Assembly (NCBI GenBank): GCA_021741645.1
Contig: JAIOXK010000001.1
Span: forward strand, 27,656-91,655
Source: Candidatus Nanopelagicales bacterium
GTDB taxonomy: Bacteria; Actinomycetota; Actinomycetes; S36-B12
DNA length: 64,000 bases
Direction of reading: 5' to 3'
Below are positions 8,392 through 17,637 of the stretch, piece after piece. Under the pieces are notes generated by a model. That model made no database searches. It saw only the letters and a list, made by a program, of their open reading frames with translations, and had not been told where the DNA came from. Made by a program: the position numbers and the translations under genes. The stretch's first letter is position 1; each line of letters begins with the position of its first letter.

Positions 8392-8523
8392 ATGAGCAGC
8401 CACACTGAGCACCAGCAGCCGATCAGAGCGACTCTCCGCTCTACCGGCATCGTCGGTGTCGCTGGCCTCCTGACGGCTGGAGTGCTCGTCCTCATCGGTT
8501 CCCTCGTGGACACCTGGGCGTGA
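8392..8523 (+). CDS. candidate small membrane protein (43 aa), below the ORF-track cutoff
   Basis: ATG 8392 follows AGGGGAAAG. Hand translation gives [43 protein letters not shown] with one TM helix. GC3 is about 79 percent by hand count. The stop TGA 8521-8523 overlaps the rsmH GTG 8520. Confidence 0.35.
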   Translation: MSSHTEHQQPIRATLRSTGIVGVAGLLTAGVLVLIGSLVDTWA

Positions 8524-9476
8524 CCATGACCGCTACCCACGTTCCCGTCATGCGCGATCGCGTGCTCACCCTGCTGGCGCCGGCACTCGAGGAGCCGGGC
8601 GCAGTGCTCGTCGATGCCACGCTCGGCCTGGGCGGCCACACGGAACAGGCGCTGCTTCGCTTTCCACACGTTCACGTCGTCGGTCTGGATCGCGACACTG
8701 AAGCCCTCCGGCTCTCGCAGATCCGCTTGGCGCCGTTCGCTGAGCGCATCACTCTCGTACATGCCGTCTATGACGAACTGCCAGAGGTGCTCGCTGACGC
8801 TGGGCTTGCGCGCGTGCAGGGCATCCTGTTCGACCTTGGAGTCTCGTCCATGCAGCTCGATGAATCCGATCGCGGCTTCGCCTACGCCCAGGATGCACCG
8901 CTGGACATGCGCATGGATCAGCACGAGGGGCCCACGGCCGCGGACATCCTGAACAGCTACTCAGCGTCGGACCTGACCCGCATTCTCCGCCAGTACGGCG
9001 AGGAGAAGTTCGCCAGCCGGATCGCCGCACGCATCGTCAAGGAGCGCGAGGTCGAGCCGTTCACCACCTCGGCTCGGCTGGTGGATCTCATTCGAGCGAG
9101 CATTCCGGCACCGGCGCGACGCACGGGTGGCAACCCGGCCAAGCGCACCTTCCAGGCGCTGCGGATCGAGGTCAACGGCGAGCTGGACGTGCTTCGCCGG
9201 GCCATCCCCGCGGCGTTGGCTTCATTGAGCGTGGGCGGTCGCATCGTCGTCATGTCCTACCAGTCGCTTGAGGACCGGATCGTCAAGCACGTGCTCGCGG
9301 CGGGTGCCCGCCCGGACGTGCCCGCGGGACTTCCCTTCATTCCCGAGGATCGACAGCCGTGGCTTCGCCTGCTGACTCGCGGTGCAGAGACCGCCGACGA
9401 CGCAGAGATCGAAGAGAACCCCCGGGCAGCATCCGTGCGGGTGCGCGCGGCGCAGAAGATCGGGGAGGCGGCATGA
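8520..9476 (+). CDS. rsmH: 16S rRNA (cytosine1402-N4)-methyltransferase RsmH (MraW)
   Basis: 318 aa with HVPVM...DATLGLGGH...[14 protein letters not shown]...SYQSLEDR motifs. Start is GTG 8520 or ATG 8526. Confidence 0.95.
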   Translation: MTMTATHVPVMRDRVLTLLAPALEEPGAVLVDATLGLGGHTEQALLRFPHVHVVGLDRDTEALRLSQIRLAPFAERITLVHAVYDELPEVLADAGLARVQGILFDLGVSSMQLDESDRGFAYAQDAPLDMRMDQHEGPTAADILNSYSASDLTRILRQYGEEKFASRIAARIVKEREVEPFTTSARLVDLIRASIPAPARRTGGNPAKRTFQALRIEVNGELDVLRRAIPAALASLSVGGRIVVMSYQSLEDRIVKHVLAAGARPDVPAGLPFIPEDRQPWLRLLTRGAETADDAEIEENPRAASVRVRAAQKIGEAA

Positions 9477-10252
9477 GCGCGGCCGCACGTCAGGACAGCG
9501 CGGTGCCTCTGGAGCAGAGCGCGGTCGATCAGGATGCCGCCACCGAGTACGCCACCCGTGGCGCCCGCGGTCACCGGTCCACGCGGCCACACCTGCGGAT
9601 GGTGTCGCCTCTACGGCCCGAGCGGGCCAGTCGCGGACTGTTCGCCCTGATCGTCACCGGGGCTCTGGTCGTCGGAATGCTCGCGATTCTCCTCATCAAC
9701 ACATCCTTGGCGCAGGGGGCGTTCACCATCAGCGCCCTGCGCGCCGAGCGCAGTCAGCTCATGCAGCAGGAGGAGGCCTTGGTCGAGGCCGTGGCTGCCC
9801 TGGCTACCCCAGAGTCGCTGGAGTCGCGTGCGCGAGACCTCGGCATGGTGCCCAGTGCCAACCCGGTCTTCCTCGACGTGCAGTCGGGCAAGGTGCTGGG
9901 CAAGCCCAAGGCTGCTCCGGGAACGCGCGCTGCGATGCCGCGCCTGCTCACGCCCGCCGATGCCACTGTCGCTGAGGGTGTCGACAATGCTCTGGGCGGC
10001 CTGCCCACCGCACTCGATCCCGACGTGGACCCGGCCAGTCTTGATGCGGCGGCGGCACAGGCGGCAGCCAACGAGGCCGCGGCGGTGAAGGCGAAGAAGG
10101 CGAAGAACCCGCTGGCGGAGAACAACCTCTGGGACGAGACCGTCGTCCTCGACGTCACGGACGACCTCGCCGCCAACTCGGGTGCCTCCGGCAAGAAGGC
10201 GGCCAAGAAGAAGTCCGCCGATGCCGGCCTCATGGCGGTGCCGGTGCCGTGA
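9473..10252 (+). CDS. ftsL: FtsL-like septation protein (bitopic, coiled-coil) with Ala/Lys-rich C-terminal tail
   Basis: ORF 9359..10252 trimmed to ATG 9473, which overlaps the rsmH stop (ATGA). It has a single TM ([22 protein letters not shown]) followed by a coiled-coil, and sits in the canonical position between rsmH and ftsI. Confidence 0.7.
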   Translation: MSAAARQDSAVPLEQSAVDQDAATEYATRGARGHRSTRPHLRMVSPLRPERASRGLFALIVTGALVVGMLAILLINTSLAQGAFTISALRAERSQLMQQEEALVEAVAALATPESLESRARDLGMVPSANPVFLDVQSGKVLGKPKAAPGTRAAMPRLLTPADATVAEGVDNALGGLPTALDPDVDPASLDAAAAQAAANEAAAVKAKKAKNPLAENNLWDETVVLDVTDDLAANSGASGKKAAKKKSADAGLMAVPVP

Positions 10253-12108
10253 CCGGACCCACGACGCGTTCGCGTGCGCCAAGGCACCCGCGCCCCATGC
10301 CCGGGCACCGCCCGGGGCATCACCACGATCGACCCCGCGGTGGCGCTGCCGGTCGCGGTGCCGATCGAGGGGGTCGAGGTGGTGCCACGCACGGCATCTG
10401 GATGGCGAATCCGCGCAAGCGAGGCACGATCCTGCTGCTCGTCACGGGTCTGCTCCTGACCATCTTCGCCGGACGGTTGGTGGAGATTCAGGCCGTGCGC
10501 GGAGAGACCCTCGCCGCTGAGGCCCTCGACCAGCGCATGAAGGTTCTCGCGCTGCCTGCTCAGCGCGGGGCGATTCTCGACAGCGACGGTGCGCCGCTCG
10601 CCGTGACGGTGGAGGCACGCAATCTGACGGCGGATCAGACACTGGTCACCGACCCTGCAGCAGTCGCGGCGGCTCTCGCCCCGATCCTCGGTGCTGACGC
10701 CGACGTGCTGGCCACGCGCCTGACCGGCACTCGAAGGTTCGTCTACCTCGCGAAGTCCCTGACTCCGGAGATCTGGAATCGGATCCGCGATCTGAGACTG
10801 CCGGGCATCTTCAGCGAGGAGACCTCTCGCCGCGTCTACCCCTCCGGCACGCTTGCAGCGAATGTCGTGGGATTCGTCGGAGACGAGGGACTGGGCCTCG
10901 GTGGTCTGGAGTACGCGTTCGAGGATCAGCTCACGGGCACGCCCGGCGAGATGTCGTACGAAGGAGGGCTGAGTGGCGGTGCGATCCCGACCGGAGCCCG
11001 CTCCCTGACGGAGGCCCAGTCAGGCACCGACATCACCTTGACCATCGATCGAGACATTCAGTACGTCGCCCAGGAGACCTTGGCGGCTCAGGTCAAGGCG
11101 TCGCGATCGGACAGCGGCACGGTGGTCGTCATGGATCCCCAGACCGGCGACATCCTGGCCCTCGCCACGGTTCCGACCTTCGACGCCAACGATCCCGGCG
11201 CTTCGGATGCCAAGGATCTGGGGAACCGAGCGTTGACGGAGGTGTTCGAGCCCGGGTCGACGGCCAAGCTCATGACCCTGGCCGCCGTGGTCAACGAGGG
11301 CAAGGCCAATGCGTACTCGTGGTTCAAGATCCCGCCGAAGCTCGTGCGCGGTGACGAGGACTTCCAGGATCACACCCCGCACGGAACGCTGAATCTCACC
11401 CTTGCGGGAATCATGGCGAAGTCCAGCAACATCGGCACCATCCTTGCCGCCGAGCGCATCGGCGGACGCAAGCTGGAGAAGTACCTCAAGAAGTTCGGGA
11501 TCGGGGAGAGCACAGGGCTGGGATTCCCCGGTGAGGCGTCTGGCTACCTGCTCCCACGAGATCAGTGGTCGTCGACGTCGCTTCCCACCATTGCCTTCGG
11601 TCAGGGATTCAGCGTCAACGCCGTTCAGGCCGCCAGCGTGTTCGCCACGATCGCCAACGATGGCGTGCGCCTCACCCCCCGCCTCGTCGACACGCTGACA
11701 GCTGACGATGGCACCATCGAGACGCCTGAGACTGCCAAGCCCACGCGCGTGGTGTCGGCAGAGACCGCGCAGCAGGTGCGCGCCATGCTGGAGACGGTCG
11801 TGGGACCCGGAGGCACCGCACCCAACGCCGGAGTTCCCGGTTACCGCGTGGGCGGCAAGACCGGTACCGCGCAGGCCTTCGACGAGTCGTGCGGCTGCTA
11901 TCGCGGTGTCGTCGCCTCGTTCGTCGGCATGGCACCCATTGACGCTCCGGAGATGGTCGTGGGCGTATTCCTCATGAATCCGAAGGTCGGACGCTACGGC
12001 GGTCAGCTCGGCGGCCCCGTGTTCAAGCGCGTCATGACCTACGCCCTTCAGTCGCGCCAGATTCCCCCCACGGGAGCCCAGGCTTCACGCCTTCCTCTGG
12101 GAGGCTGA
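10249..12108 (+). CDS. ftsI: class B penicillin-binding protein / peptidoglycan D,D-transpeptidase FtsI
   Basis: 619 aa with TM ILLLVTGLLLTIFAG, SxxK (GSTAKLMT), SxN (KSSNIG) and KTG (GKTGTA). GTG 10249 overlaps the ftsL stop (GTGA). An alternative ATG lies at 10402. Confidence 0.9.
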   Translation: MTGPTTRSRAPRHPRPMPGHRPGHHHDRPRGGAAGRGADRGGRGGATHGIWMANPRKRGTILLLVTGLLLTIFAGRLVEIQAVRGETLAAEALDQRMKVLALPAQRGAILDSDGAPLAVTVEARNLTADQTLVTDPAAVAAALAPILGADADVLATRLTGTRRFVYLAKSLTPEIWNRIRDLRLPGIFSEETSRRVYPSGTLAANVVGFVGDEGLGLGGLEYAFEDQLTGTPGEMSYEGGLSGGAIPTGARSLTEAQSGTDITLTIDRDIQYVAQETLAAQVKASRSDSGTVVVMDPQTGDILALATVPTFDANDPGASDAKDLGNRALTEVFEPGSTAKLMTLAAVVNEGKANAYSWFKIPPKLVRGDEDFQDHTPHGTLNLTLAGIMAKSSNIGTILAAERIGGRKLEKYLKKFGIGESTGLGFPGEASGYLLPRDQWSSTSLPTIAFGQGFSVNAVQAASVFATIANDGVRLTPRLVDTLTADDGTIETPETAKPTRVVSAETAQQVRAMLETVVGPGGTAPNAGVPGYRVGGKTGTAQAFDESCGCYRGVVASFVGMAPIDAPEMVVGVFLMNPKVGRYGGQLGGPVFKRVMTYALQSRQIPPTGAQASRLPLGG

Positions 12109-12112
12109 CCCC

Positions 12113-13657
12113 ATGGCGGATGTCCTCCGGCCCGAAGCGCGCCCGACAGGGCTTGGGGCACTGCGCTCGTCCGTGCTCCAGGGCGCCTCTATCCCAGTGG
12201 GTTCGGACCAGATCCTCATCACAGGGATCGCGCTGCACTCCGGTTCAGTGCAGCCGGGAGACATCTATCTTGCGCTGCCTGGTCGTCAGTCCCACGGAGC
12301 TCGGTTCGCTCCCGAGGCGATCGAGGCGGGCGCCGTCGCCGTCGTCACTGACGCATCCGGTGAGCACATGTGTGGCGAACTTCCGATTCCGGTCATCACG
12401 GTGGAGCACCCCCGCGCACTCAGCGGCCCGCTGTCCGCGGCCATCTACGCGTGGCCGGCGCGATCGCTGCAGATCCTCGGCGTGACCGGAACCAACGGCA
12501 AGTCGACGGTGACCGCCATGGTCGAGTCGGGACTGCGCGCTGCCGGAATGTCCTGCGGTGCGATCGGCACGGTGGGCACCAGGATCAACGACACAGTCCA
12601 TGGATCGGTGCGCACCACACCCGAGGCCCCCGATCTTCAGGCGACGCTCGGGGCGATGCGCGATGCAGGCGTGCAGTCGGTGGTGATGGAAGTCAGCTCC
12701 ATCGCTGTCGACGAGCATCGTGTCGACGGCTTCCGATTCGATGTCATGGGCTTCACCAACATGAGTCAGGATCATCTGGACTACCACGCCGACATGGACG
12801 CCTACTTCGAGGCGAAGGCGAGACTCTTCACTCCCGAGCACGCCGCACTGGGTGTGGTGGGAATCGACGACGAGTACGGACGGCGACTGTCGCGTGAAGC
12901 GAGCGTGCCGGTGTACACGTGGTCGCTTGCGGATCCGGCTGCCGACTGGCACGCCTCGGCCGTCCGCAGCTCGGGGCCCGGGCATGCCGTGCAGGTGACC
13001 GGTCCCCGCGGAGAGACAGCGGTGCTTCACGTCCCCCTGCCAGGTGTGTTCAATGTGGCCAACGCGCTCTGTGCGTTCGGGATGCTGCGGGCCTCTGGGG
13101 TCGGCATCGACGCTGCAGTGGCGGGGATAGGCCAGGCCGCGATTCCCGGTCGCATGCAGGTGATCGGCAAGGCTGTTGGTCTCGAGGACGGTGACCGAGG
13201 AATCTGGGGGATCGTCGACTACGCGCACACACCTGACGCCATCGCCCGGGTTCTCGAGGCTGCCCGAGAGCAGGTATCCGGGCGGCTCATCGTCGTGCTT
13301 GGTGCGGGCGGAGATCGGGATGCCAGCAAGCGCGAAGTGATGGGTGAGGTTGCCGCCGAACGAGCAGATGTGGTCATCGTGACCGATGACAACCCTCGGT
13401 CGGAGGAGCCAGCGGTGATCCGACGGGCGATCGTCCGTGGCGCCGAGCGCGTAGCGCATGATCGAGGAATTAGTGTGCTCAATGTGGAGGATCGGGCCGA
13501 GGCCATTAGCGTTGCCGTCACGTCCGCCCGCCCCGGTGACATCGTGATGGTGCTCGGCAAGGGCCACGAGACAGGGCAGGAGGTCGCTGGGGTGGTGACG
13601 CCATTCGACGACGCCGTCGTGTTGGCTGCCGCCCTCGAGTCCGGGGGCAGTGCGTGA
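12113..13657 (+). CDS. murE: UDP-N-acetylmuramoyl-L-alanyl-D-glutamate--2,6-diaminopimelate ligase
   Basis: 514 aa with the Mur ligase P-loop GVTGTNGKST and the DNPR motif (TDDNPRSE) associated with DAP-adding MurE. Confidence 0.95.
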   Translation: MADVLRPEARPTGLGALRSSVLQGASIPVGSDQILITGIALHSGSVQPGDIYLALPGRQSHGARFAPEAIEAGAVAVVTDASGEHMCGELPIPVITVEHPRALSGPLSAAIYAWPARSLQILGVTGTNGKSTVTAMVESGLRAAGMSCGAIGTVGTRINDTVHGSVRTTPEAPDLQATLGAMRDAGVQSVVMEVSSIAVDEHRVDGFRFDVMGFTNMSQDHLDYHADMDAYFEAKARLFTPEHAALGVVGIDDEYGRRLSREASVPVYTWSLADPAADWHASAVRSSGPGHAVQVTGPRGETAVLHVPLPGVFNVANALCAFGMLRASGVGIDAAVAGIGQAAIPGRMQVIGKAVGLEDGDRGIWGIVDYAHTPDAIARVLEAAREQVSGRLIVVLGAGGDRDASKREVMGEVAAERADVVIVTDDNPRSEEPAVIRRAIVRGAERVAHDRGISVLNVEDRAEAISVAVTSARPGDIVMVLGKGHETGQEVAGVVTPFDDAVVLAAALESGGSA

Positions 13658-15117
13658 TACCTCTGCGACCGGCTGACATCGCCGAAGCCGTCGCCGGTGA
13701 ACCCTTGGGCATGTCAGACGAGGCGTTGAAGGCGAGCTCCATCACGTCGGTGACGGTCGACTCGCGCCAGGTGGTTCCCGGCACGCTGTTCGTCGCGGTG
13801 GCGGGCGAGCGCGTCGACGGTCATGACTTCGCGGCGGAAGCGGTGGCGGCCGGGGCCGTTCTCATCCTGTGCGCCCGACCCCTGCACGACGAGGCGGGGA
13901 CCCCCCTGCCATGCGTCGTGGTGGAGGATCCCGTCCAGGCCCTCGGGGCCTTGGCGTCGTGGTACCGCAGGGAGCGGCTCACGTGCACGGTGGTAGCGGT
14001 CACCGGCTCGAGCGGAAAGACCACCACGAAGGATCTCATCGCGAGAGTGCTGTCGGTGGCAGGGCCGACGGTCAGTGCCCGCGGTTCCTTCAACACCGAG
14101 ATCGGTCTCCCGTTGACGGTTCTCGCTGCCGATGGCCAGACACGCTTTCTCGTCCTGGAGATGGGCATGCGCGGCGTGGGCCACATCGCCTACCTCGTCG
14201 ACCTGGTGCAGCCGGACATCGCCGTTGTGCTCAACGTCGGATCCGCGCACGTGGGAATGCTCGGATCGCGTGAGGCGATCGCGGCCGCCAAGGCTGAGTT
14301 GGTCCAAGACCTGCCCGACACGACGATTGCGGTCCTGAACGAGGACGACGGTGCGGTGCGGGCCATGGCCGACATCACGGCCGCTGACGTGGTGACGTTC
14401 GGCGAGTCGCCTTCTGCGCGGATTCGCGCAACAGACGTTCGCCTGCAGGACGCTGCCCGTCCGGCCTTCACGCTGACCGATGAGCGCACCGGTGACGCCA
14501 TGCCGGTCGAACTGCGGCTCAGCGGTGAGCACTATGTCTCGAACGCCTGCGCCGCTGCCGCCGTCGGACGCGCGGCGGGCCTGTCGATGGAGCAGATCGT
14601 GGATGCGCTGCGTGCGGCAGAGGCGGACAGCAAGTGGCGCATGGACGTCCGGGTGTCCGCACGTGGATTCACGGTGATCAACGATGCCTACAACGCCAAT
14701 CCCGAGTCGATGCGTGCGGCCTTGAAGTCGCTGGTTGCCATGGCAGCGGGACGACGCACCTGGGCCGTCCTCGGGGAGATGCGAGAGCTGGGCGGCGCGG
14801 CTCTGGAGGAGCATGACGCGATCGGACGCCTCGCAGTCCGACTCGATGTCTCGCGGTTGGTCTGCGTCGGAGAGGGCACCCGAGTGATGCACCTGGGTGC
14901 CAGCAGCGAGGGCTCATGGGGAGAGGAGTCCATCCATGTTCCTGACGTGCAGGCAGCCATCGATCTGCTGAATGCGCAGGTGGGTGCAGACGATGTGGTG
15001 CTGGTCAAGGCGTCGCGCGCGGTGGGACTCGAGCGAGTGGCGGAGGCGCTGCTCACCGAGGTGCCGGAAGTGCCACGGGAGACGCCACAGGAGACGCCAC
15101 GGGAGACATCCTCATGA
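13654..15117 (+). CDS. murF: UDP-N-acetylmuramoyl-tripeptide--D-alanyl-D-alanine ligase
   Basis: 487 aa with VAVTGSSGKTTTKD. There is a GTGA overlap with murE. Position is canonical. Confidence 0.95.
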   Translation: MIPLRPADIAEAVAGEPLGMSDEALKASSITSVTVDSRQVVPGTLFVAVAGERVDGHDFAAEAVAAGAVLILCARPLHDEAGTPLPCVVVEDPVQALGALASWYRRERLTCTVVAVTGSSGKTTTKDLIARVLSVAGPTVSARGSFNTEIGLPLTVLAADGQTRFLVLEMGMRGVGHIAYLVDLVQPDIAVVLNVGSAHVGMLGSREAIAAAKAELVQDLPDTTIAVLNEDDGAVRAMADITAADVVTFGESPSARIRATDVRLQDAARPAFTLTDERTGDAMPVELRLSGEHYVSNACAAAAVGRAAGLSMEQIVDALRAAEADSKWRMDVRVSARGFTVINDAYNANPESMRAALKSLVAMAAGRRTWAVLGEMRELGGAALEEHDAIGRLAVRLDVSRLVCVGEGTRVMHLGASSEGSWGEESIHVPDVQAAIDLLNAQVGADDVVLVKASRAVGLERVAEALLTEVPEVPRETPQETPRETSS

Positions 15118-16181
15118 GACTCGTCGTCATCTCCTTGGCCATCGCAGCCATCGTGTCCCTCGTCGGTACACCTCTTCTCATCGCGCTGCTGGCTCGACAC
15201 GGGTACGCGCAGGCGATCAGGGTCTCCACGGACAACGAGGCCTATCCCGACCATGAGAGCAAGCGGGGCACTCCCTCCATGGGCGGGGTCGCGATCCTCT
15301 TCGGAGTGCTGGCCGGCTACCTCGTCACGCATCTGGTCACGTGGCGCATGCCGAGCCCCTCAGGCCTGCTCATCTTGTACCTGATGGTCGGACTCGGACT
15401 TGTGGGTGTCGCCGACGACTACCTGAAGATCTTCAAGCAGCGGAGTACGGGGTTGCGGGCCCGCACCAAGCTCATCGGTCAGGCGGTCGTCGCGATCTCG
15501 TTCGCCGTGCTCTCCGTCCAGTTCCCCAATGAGTCCGGTGAGACGCCCGCCAGCATGGCCGTCTCCTTCCTTCGCGACACCCCGCTCGTGCTTCCGATGG
15601 GCCTGTTCATCCTCTGGGTCTGGTTCCTGATCACAGCCACGACCAACGGCGTGAATCTGACGGACGGGCTGGATGGACTTGCGACGGGGGCGGCCTTCGC
15701 CTCCTTCCTGGCCTACGTGCTGGTCAGCATCTGGCAGTACGGGCAGAGCTGCTTCTTCGAGCAGACCTCGTTCTGCTACACGACCGCGAACCCGCTCGAC
15801 CTGGCCATCGTGGCCGCAGCCGGTGCGGGGGCGACGTTCGGCTTCCTGTGGTGGAACACATCCCCGGCACGCATCTTCATGGGCGACACCGGGTCGCTGG
15901 CCCTGGGCGGAGGCATCGCTGGGCTGGCGATCTTCACGCGCACCGAGCTGCTGCTGCCCTTCATCGCGGGCCTGTTCCTCATCGTGTCGGTATCCGTCAT
16001 CTTGCAGGTGGGCTCCTTCAAGCTGACCGGCCGCCGCGTGTTCCGCATGGCACCCCTGCACCATCACTTCGAGATGCTCGGGTGGCCTGAGATCCAGATC
16101 GTCGTGCGCTTCTGGATCATCCAGGGCCTGTGCATCGGTGCCGGCCTGGCACTGTTCTACGCCGAATGGGTTCGTTCGTGA
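15114..16181 (+). CDS. mraY: phospho-N-acetylmuramoyl-pentapeptide transferase
   Basis: 355 aa, polytopic, with DDYLK, NGVNLTDGLDGLA and HHHFE motifs. There is an ATGA overlap with murF. Confidence 0.97.
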   Translation: MRLVVISLAIAAIVSLVGTPLLIALLARHGYAQAIRVSTDNEAYPDHESKRGTPSMGGVAILFGVLAGYLVTHLVTWRMPSPSGLLILYLMVGLGLVGVADDYLKIFKQRSTGLRARTKLIGQAVVAISFAVLSVQFPNESGETPASMAVSFLRDTPLVLPMGLFILWVWFLITATTNGVNLTDGLDGLATGAAFASFLAYVLVSIWQYGQSCFFEQTSFCYTTANPLDLAIVAAAGAGATFGFLWWNTSPARIFMGDTGSLALGGGIAGLAIFTRTELLLPFIAGLFLIVSVSVILQVGSFKLTGRRVFRMAPLHHHFEMLGWPEIQIVVRFWIIQGLCIGAGLALFYAEWVRS

Positions 16182-17632
16182 GCCGTAGCGCAGATCAACT
16201 GCAGCGCTCCTCGGACTGGTCTCAGTGGTCGGTCACGGTGGCGGGTCTGGGAGTCGCCGGGTACTCCTGCGCGGATGCCCTCATGCAGCTCGGTGCGCGG
16301 GTGACCGTCATCGACAGTGGCTCCGGCGAGCGGCAGCAGAAACGAGCCGAGATTCTGCGGGAGCTCGAGGTGACGGTGCTCCTCGACCATCAGACAGGAC
16401 TCCCGGCGGCCACCGACCTGCTGGTCGTGTCGCCCGGCCTTCCGCCCTCGCACCCGCTCATTCGTGAGGCACTCGAGCGGGGTGTGCCGGTCTGGGGTGA
16501 GCTGGAGCTCGCTTGGCGGCTGCGTGACCCCGATGGTGCGGCCGCGTGGCTGTGCGTGACGGGAACCAATGGCAAGACGACCACGACGCTCATGCTCGAG
16601 TCGATGCTCAGGGCTGCGGGCTACCGCACGTGCGCTGCGGGCAATATCGGCCTCTCCCTGGTCGATGTGGTGATGCATGACGACATGGAGGTGATCGCTG
16701 TCGAAGTCGGAGCGCCGCAGCTGCCCTTCGTCCACTCGGTCAGTCCCGTCGCGTCGGCCTGCCTCAACATCGCGGACGATCACATCGATCACTTCGGATC
16801 CCTTGAGGCATACGTGGCGGCGAAGGCCCGCCTGTTCGACCGCACGCAGGACGCCATCGTCTACAACGAACAGGATCCGACGACACGCGCGATGGCGGAG
16901 GAGGCCGACGTCATCGATGGCTGCCGTGCCATCGGGTTCACGCTCGGCGCCCCTGGTCTTTCGATGCTCGGCGTCGTTGACGACCTGCTGATCGACCGCG
17001 CCTTCATCGAGGATCGTGCGACGACGGCACAGGAGCTTGCCACGGTCGCCGATGTTCGACCCCTCGCGCCGCATAACGTGGCCAACGCCCTCGCAGCAGC
17101 GGCACTGGCACGCGCCTTCGGTGTCCCGCCGTCTGCCGTTCGCGACGGCCTGCGGGCATTCGAGCCCGCCGAGCATCGGATCTGTCTCGTCGGCTCGGTG
17201 AACGGTGTCGACTACGTCGACGATTCCAAGGCCACGAATGCGCATGCGGCACAGACCTCCCTGGGGGCCTATGAGTCCATCGTGTGGATCGCCGGAGGTC
17301 TGGCCAAGGGGCAGGAGTTCGATGACCTTGTCCAGGCCAGCGCTCAGCAGCTCCGGGGAGTCGTGCTGATCGGAACTGACCGCGCGCGCATCGCCGGTGC
17401 CCTCGCACGACACGCGCCAGATGTCCCGGTGATCGAGGTGGCCAGCACCGAGACTGGGGCCATGGTGCAGGCGGTTGAAGCGGCGACAGGACTCGCCCAG
17501 CCCGGTGACACGGTGCTGCTGGCCCCTGGCTGCGCCTCGTGGGACATGTTCACCGACTACACCGACCGGGGTCGGCAGTTCGCCAGTGCTGCTCAGGGGC
17601 TCTCGGGTTTCGTGTCGTCGGCAGGGGAGTGA
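16178..17632 (+). CDS. murD: UDP-N-acetylmuramoylalanine--D-glutamate ligase
   Basis: ORF 16130..17632. GTG 16178 overlaps the mraY stop (GTGA); an alternative ATG lies at 16166. Motifs GLGVAGYS and VTGTNGKTTTT. Confidence 0.93.
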   Translation: MSRSADQLQRSSDWSQWSVTVAGLGVAGYSCADALMQLGARVTVIDSGSGERQQKRAEILRELEVTVLLDHQTGLPAATDLLVVSPGLPPSHPLIREALERGVPVWGELELAWRLRDPDGAAAWLCVTGTNGKTTTTLMLESMLRAAGYRTCAAGNIGLSLVDVVMHDDMEVIAVEVGAPQLPFVHSVSPVASACLNIADDHIDHFGSLEAYVAAKARLFDRTQDAIVYNEQDPTTRAMAEEADVIDGCRAIGFTLGAPGLSMLGVVDDLLIDRAFIEDRATTAQELATVADVRPLAPHNVANALAAAALARAFGVPPSAVRDGLRAFEPAEHRICLVGSVNGVDYVDDSKATNAHAAQTSLGAYESIVWIAGGLAKGQEFDDLVQASAQQLRGVVLIGTDRARIAGALARHAPDVPVIEVASTETGAMVQAVEAATGLAQPGDTVLLAPGCASWDMFTDYTDRGRQFASAAQGLSGFVSSAGE

Positions 17633-17637
17633 GGCAC

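Noticed and set aside
8157-8924. 255-aa minus ORF covering the mraZ-rsmH spacer
   Set aside because: Most of it is antisense to rsmH. It has no motifs, and its composition is typical of shadow ORFs.
13714-14892. 392-aa minus-strand ORF (also the similar 49940..51223 opposite trpB, 12245..13567 opposite murE and 19684..21063 opposite murC)
   Set aside because: All lie opposite well-supported conserved genes and translate to Arg/His/Gly-rich sequence without motifs.
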